64,000 nucleotides of DNA from an uncultured bacterium (GTDB taxonomy: Bacteria; Planctomycetota; UBA1135; GCA-002686595). The stretch's first letter is position 1. Each line of letters opens with the position of its first letter. Shown piece after piece: positions 59,889 to 64,000 of the stretch. The notes below the pieces were generated by a model that worked only from the letters and a program-made list of their open reading frames with translations, searched no databases and was not told the DNA's origin. Location of the stretch: NCBI GenBank assembly GCA_943787795.1, contig CALSNU010000001.1:256001-320000 (forward strand). The letters are read 5' to 3'. Made by a program: the position numbers and the translations under genes.

Positions 59889-60383
59889 TCAGGCGTCTTC
59901 GAAGCGGCACCAGTACTCTTCGATCGCGCGCCGGGGTCCGTCCGCGTAGACCGGGTTGGAGCGCTCGCAGTCTTCGAGGTCGAGGCGCAGGAAGGCCAGC
60001 ACGGCGGCGCCCTGTGCCTGGTGCAGGCCCTCGAAGCGAGGCGTGTTGAAGTCGCTCGGTTCGAGGGAGTAGCCGAGGAACTCGCCAACGTCGGACTGCG
60101 CGTCGAGGGCGGCGAGGAGGAACGCGGGCAGGAGTGCCCGAAAGGTGTGGGGGCCCATCAACGGGAGGTCCTGCTCGAGGCGCTCCGCGAGCTCCCGGTC
60201 CACGGACCTCCAGTCGCAGCCTCGGAGGAGTTCCTCGAGATCCGTGCACTCGGGGCAGGGGCAACTCACGAGCGGCGGAGCGGGGGAGCCCACACCGGAC
60301 CACGCCGCGCGAATCTGCACGCGGAGCCTATCTGTCGCCGGAGGGCCGGCCCGGGGGGCCTCCTCTTCCTGCTCGCTGGCCAT
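59889..60383 (-). CDS. hypothetical protein with CxCxEC motif (DUF6714-like)
   Basis: CPCPEC..L..LLRG.DW..LPL..FRALLPAFL pattern. Start at ATG 60383; family is recalled only. Confidence 0.6.
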   Translation of the reverse strand: MASEQEEEAPRAGPPATDRLRVQIRAAWSGVGSPAPPLVSCPCPECTDLEELLRGCDWRSVDRELAERLEQDLPLMGPHTFRALLPAFLLAALDAQSDVGEFLGYSLEPSDFNTPRFEGLHQAQGAAVLAFLRLDLEDCERSNPVYADGPRRAIEEYWCRFEDA

Positions 60384-60454
60384 GACGCCCCGGAGCTTAC
60401 CGGAGATCGGCACGCCCGAGGCGACAGGGGCCCGCCTGCGGCCCCGCTGCGGGC

Positions 60455-61489
60455 TCAGTACAGGGTGACCTGGACGGGGAGTGAGAAGTTGGAGACCGGG
60501 AATCCGAGGACCGCGTCGCGGTACCAGCACTGGAAGTGCCAGGTCTCTCCCGACATGGCGGCGACCGGACCGGTCGGCTGGGAGAGTCCCGCGAGGTCAA
60601 GCGCCAGGCTCATCTCACCAGAGGAGGAGGCGGCCTGAGCGGACGCGCTGTAGCGACCGATGGACCCCCCGAGGCAGAGCGTGCCAACCGCGTTCCCGGG
60701 ATTGACGATCTGGTCGATGGTGGTGCTCGTGAGGAAGTAGCCGACCGCCCCGCCGGGCAGGGCGTTGCAGCGGACCTCGAGCTCGTTCCGCAGGATGGAC
60801 GGGCTCCCATCGAGGGAGGTCATTGCGACCTGGCCGGTCTGATTCGCCGCGGCGACGCAATACGACTCGCCCACGGGCGGACAGACCACGGCGATGAAGA
60901 CGCCGGGGCTCCCAACGTCCCCGTTCACGGAGGTGGTCGAGCCCCACGCGTCACCTTCGGCGGCGAGGGTCCAGCGGTAGATGTCGTTCACTCCGAGCCC
61001 GGCGTCGCACCCCTGGCCGCTGACCTCTCGAGCTCGAATCGAACCGGGGAAGTCCTCGTCTCCATAGGCGAGCACGTCCACCGTCGCGCCGGCGGCGTCG
61101 AAGAGGTGGATCTCGTCGTTGCGTCCGAGGGAGGAGATCGCGTTCCCCCCGAGGACCGTGACGGCGCCCAGGCTCCAGCTCGCCACGAAGTTGGCGGCGA
61201 CCCGGTCAGTGACGAGGATGGACTCGCCCGGGTCGATAATCCCGGCGAGGGAGAGGTCATAGGTCCCCGCAATGGCCGACTTGTCGTCGATGCTCCAGTC
61301 CTCGAGATCGACGGGCAGCGAGGACAGGTTGGTGAGCTCGATGAACTCGCCGTCGAGGCCGCTGTACATGTACTCGGTGATCTGGACCTGGCCCGAGGCC
61401 TGGGCCGCGAGGGCGCTGAACGCGATGAACGAGAGTACCGCTGGAGCGGGAGTGAAGCGGAGGGAGAGAGTCATGGAGGAGCAGCTCAT
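60455..61489 (-). CDS. secreted lamin-tail-domain (LTD) protein with the conserved C-terminal domain
   Basis: Signal peptide ending ASGQ, ITEYMY..EFIELTN..VDL..WSI..PGE, GSPG, then the ~138-aa domain ending WYRD..SNFS..VTLY. Confidence 0.85.
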   Translation of the reverse strand: MSCSSMTLSLRFTPAPAVLSFIAFSALAAQASGQVQITEYMYSGLDGEFIELTNLSSLPVDLEDWSIDDKSAIAGTYDLSLAGIIDPGESILVTDRVAANFVASWSLGAVTVLGGNAISSLGRNDEIHLFDAAGATVDVLAYGDEDFPGSIRAREVSGQGCDAGLGVNDIYRWTLAAEGDAWGSTTSVNGDVGSPGVFIAVVCPPVGESYCVAAANQTGQVAMTSLDGSPSILRNELEVRCNALPGGAVGYFLTSTTIDQIVNPGNAVGTLCLGGSIGRYSASAQAASSSGEMSLALDLAGLSQPTGPVAAMSGETWHFQCWYRDAVLGFPVSNFSLPVQVTLY

Positions 61490-64000
61490 TCGAAGTTCAC
61501 CGCGAGGCCGTTGGTGAAGTTGGAGACGGGCTGGCCGCCCAGGGAGTCACGGTGCCACAGCTGCCAGTACCACGTCTCGCCAGGCATGGCGGACACGAAG
61601 CCGGTGGGCTGGGGCAGCGCCGTGAGGTCGAGGGTGAGCGCGATCTCGCCAGCGGCGCCCGAGTTCCCGATCTGGCCGGGGCCGACGTAGCGGCCGATGG
61701 GCGCGCCGAGGCAGAGGTTTCCAAGACTGCCTCCGGGGTTCGGCGAGAAGCCGGTGTTGGCGCTCACGAGGAGGTATCCCGTGGAGCCGGTGGGCAGGCT
61801 CGAGGCGACCAGGGTCACGTCGTTGTCCGCTGCCTCGCGGCTGCCGTCGGCGCGCAGCGCCGAGGCCGCTCCCGTCGAGTTGGCGTTCGCGACGCAGAAG
61901 GGCGTCCCGATGCCGCCGCACGGGGCCCCGGTGAAGGAGCCGGGGTTACCGACATCGCCGTTCAGCGAGGTCACCGAGTCCTGATAGTCGCCCTCGAATG
62001 AGAGGGACCACAGCAGAGGATTCTCGGCGCCCCAGTCCATCGGCGCAGACCCACGCGGAGGCTTCGCGCGCCGCGAACGGAACCGGGATAGTCCTCGTCA
62101 CCGTACAGCAGGCGATCCTCGATGGCGCCGGTGTCGTCGAAGACGTAGATCCCGTCGTTTCGGCCGAAGGTGGCGTTGACGTTACCCTCGAGAACGGTCA
62201 CGCCGGTGAGACCCCAGTCGAGCTGGAAGGACGCCGCGGCGCCCTCGGTGATCACGATGGACTCGCCGGGGTCAACGACGCCCGCCGCGGAGAGGTCGAA
62301 GGTGCCGGCGTTCGCGGAGCTGTCGTCGACGCTCCACCCGGTGAGGTCGATCGCGGCGCCGGACGTGTTGGTCAGCTCGACGAACTCGTCGCCGTTGCCG
62401 GAGTACATGTACTCGGTGATGCGGATCCCTGCGCTGCCGAACGGGTAGCTGAAGCCGGCGGGCTTGCCCTCGGCGAACTTTGGGGCGTAGCGCTGACCGC
62501 CCCCGACGCCCAGGGGGGCACCGGCCTCGACGTAGTAGTCGAGGCGGCCGCCAGCGGTCCCGGGGATCGGCAGCTGAGCGCCGAACACGCCGTCGCCAGC
62601 GGCGCCGTCACCGTTGAGGCCGTCGTCGAACATCGGTACCGGGATGTAGCGGCCGATCTCTCGGTAGTAGAGGTTGGCGAAGCCCACCGTCGAGCCAGGG
62701 GTCTGGATCCGCGCGGTGATGAAGGTCGGCGTGCCGACGGTCGGTGCCGCGGGGGTGTGGGCCAGCTCGGTGATCTGCGGTTGGACCTTGGTCAGGTCCG
62801 GCTGGTTCAGCAGGAAGTTGCGCCGCGTCACCAGGTACTGCTCGAGGCCCGGGCAGGGGAGGGTCGAGCCGCCGACGTTCACGAACGTCTGGGTGTTGAA
62901 GTTCGACTGGAACTGGGCGTACGAGTAGAGGCGCTTGGGGTCCGCCAGGACGGCCGCGTCGATGAGCGCCTTGTATCCGAGGAGATCGCCCTGGAGGTCG
63001 GCCCAGCTGAAGTCCTCGAGCATGGTCCGATAGTGCGCGAAGTAGCGTTCCCGCAGGCGCGGGATGGTCATCAGGCGCGAGACCGCCGGCCTGCTGCCGG
63101 CGTTGAAGCGGTAGGTGGGCGACAGGTTCGTGGTGGTGCCGCCGGGCCAACCGAACAGGCTCACGCCCCAGGACTCGTTGCCGTCGTGCTGGTGGAGGTT
63201 GATCCTGTCGTGGAGGGGGTCGTAGTAGACGTTGAAGTCAGCGCCCTTGGAGATGTAGCTGTCCTCGTCCATGAACAGGTTCTCTGCGACCAAGGCCCAG
63301 ATCGCTCCGTCCACGGCGAACTTCTCGTCGATGGCGGCGACGTCGGCGCCTGAGTTGTTCAGGGCGAACGTGCCGTCGATCATCGGCTGCCAGGGCAGGG
63401 CGAGGCCGCCGTTGTCCTTGAGCTGGTAGTTCTGGGCGTACGAGTTCGGGTTGGTGCCGATGTAGCGCAGCGCGTCCTGGCCGGTGGAGATGTTCTGGGC
63501 CTTGTACCGGGCGCCGCCCGATTCCTCGAAGTACTCGTCGAGCAGCTGGGTGTTGTACTGCTGGACGTTGACGTAGACGCCCCAGTTCTCCCCGTTGAGC
63601 CGGAGCTGCACGTGGTTCCCCTGGCCGGCCGGCGTGTACCTGCGGACGAAGCGGAAGAACCCGATCTCACGGCAGAACGTGGGGTCCTCGATCCCGTTGT
63701 TCAGGTTCAGCGTCCTGTAGCCGAGCAGCCGCGCACCGTTGTCGGACTCGGTGATCTCGATGTTGAACGAGGTCTTCTGCGATCCAGGGGGGAGGAAGAA
63801 GAACGACGAGTTGCCCTTCACCCGGATCCCGACCCCAGGGATGGTGACTGGCGTGGGGAGGTCGGGACCCGAGAGGGTCAGGTCCACCACGAGGTTGACT
63901 CCCGTGTTGGCTGTGTTGCGGAGTGTCCCCCAGAAGTTCGTCTGCGGCAGCGTGATGTCGATCGTCCGCAGGACGGTGTCGTCGTAGAGATCAGGCTCCT
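61486..64000 (-). CDS. CotH-family kinase + Ig-like + LTD + conserved C-terminal domain; 5'-truncated, two frameshifts at ~62030-62075
   Basis: GVGIRVKGNSS, KTSFNI, LNLNN..DPT..RE, NGENWGVY, D.DSY..DFNVY, HDGNESWG (CotH); MFDDG.NGD..AGDGVF; ITEYMY..EFVELTN (LTD). Alignment to the downstream paralog restores the frame. Confidence 0.85.

Noticed and set aside
1..64000. tRNA, rRNA, IS elements, integrases, prophage or defence genes
   Set aside because: No cloverleaf/T-loop signatures, rRNA-like tracts or mobility/phage motifs were recognised by eye; small or degenerate elements could have been missed.

Overview
Very GC-rich bacterial DNA with a gene repertoire typical of Planctomycetota: two DUF1549/DUF1553 cytochrome c + DUF1501 pairs, five PQQ-like beta-propeller proteins, DUF1080/ThuA proteins and several sulfatase-fold genes. 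About 45 genes are supportable. They include a complete-looking 4-hydroxyproline catabolic divergon with a double-wHTH GntR regulator and a perfect AT-rich operator palindrome; an orphan hybrid histidine kinase; secreted carbohydrate/ester-active enzymes; a long co-oriented cluster (thioesterase, ABC exporter, propellers, cytochrome); an acyltransferase-3 carrying a duplicated ankyrin insert; and a CotH-kinase/lamin-tail gene pair. The most striking unexplained signal is a conserved ~135-140 aa C-terminal domain (C..N[SQ]TG ... LCLG..IGR ... TW.[FW]Q.W.RD ... SNF) that ends three proteins with different passenger architectures; it is a candidate sorting/anchoring domain of an uncharacterised surface-display system. 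Four otherwise intact genes are broken by ten frameshifts that all go in the same (+1) direction, which points to sequencing error. Two loci look like real pseudogenes. I saw no rRNA, tRNA, CRISPR array or recognisable transposase/integrase. All family calls come from motif recognition by eye; no database search was run.
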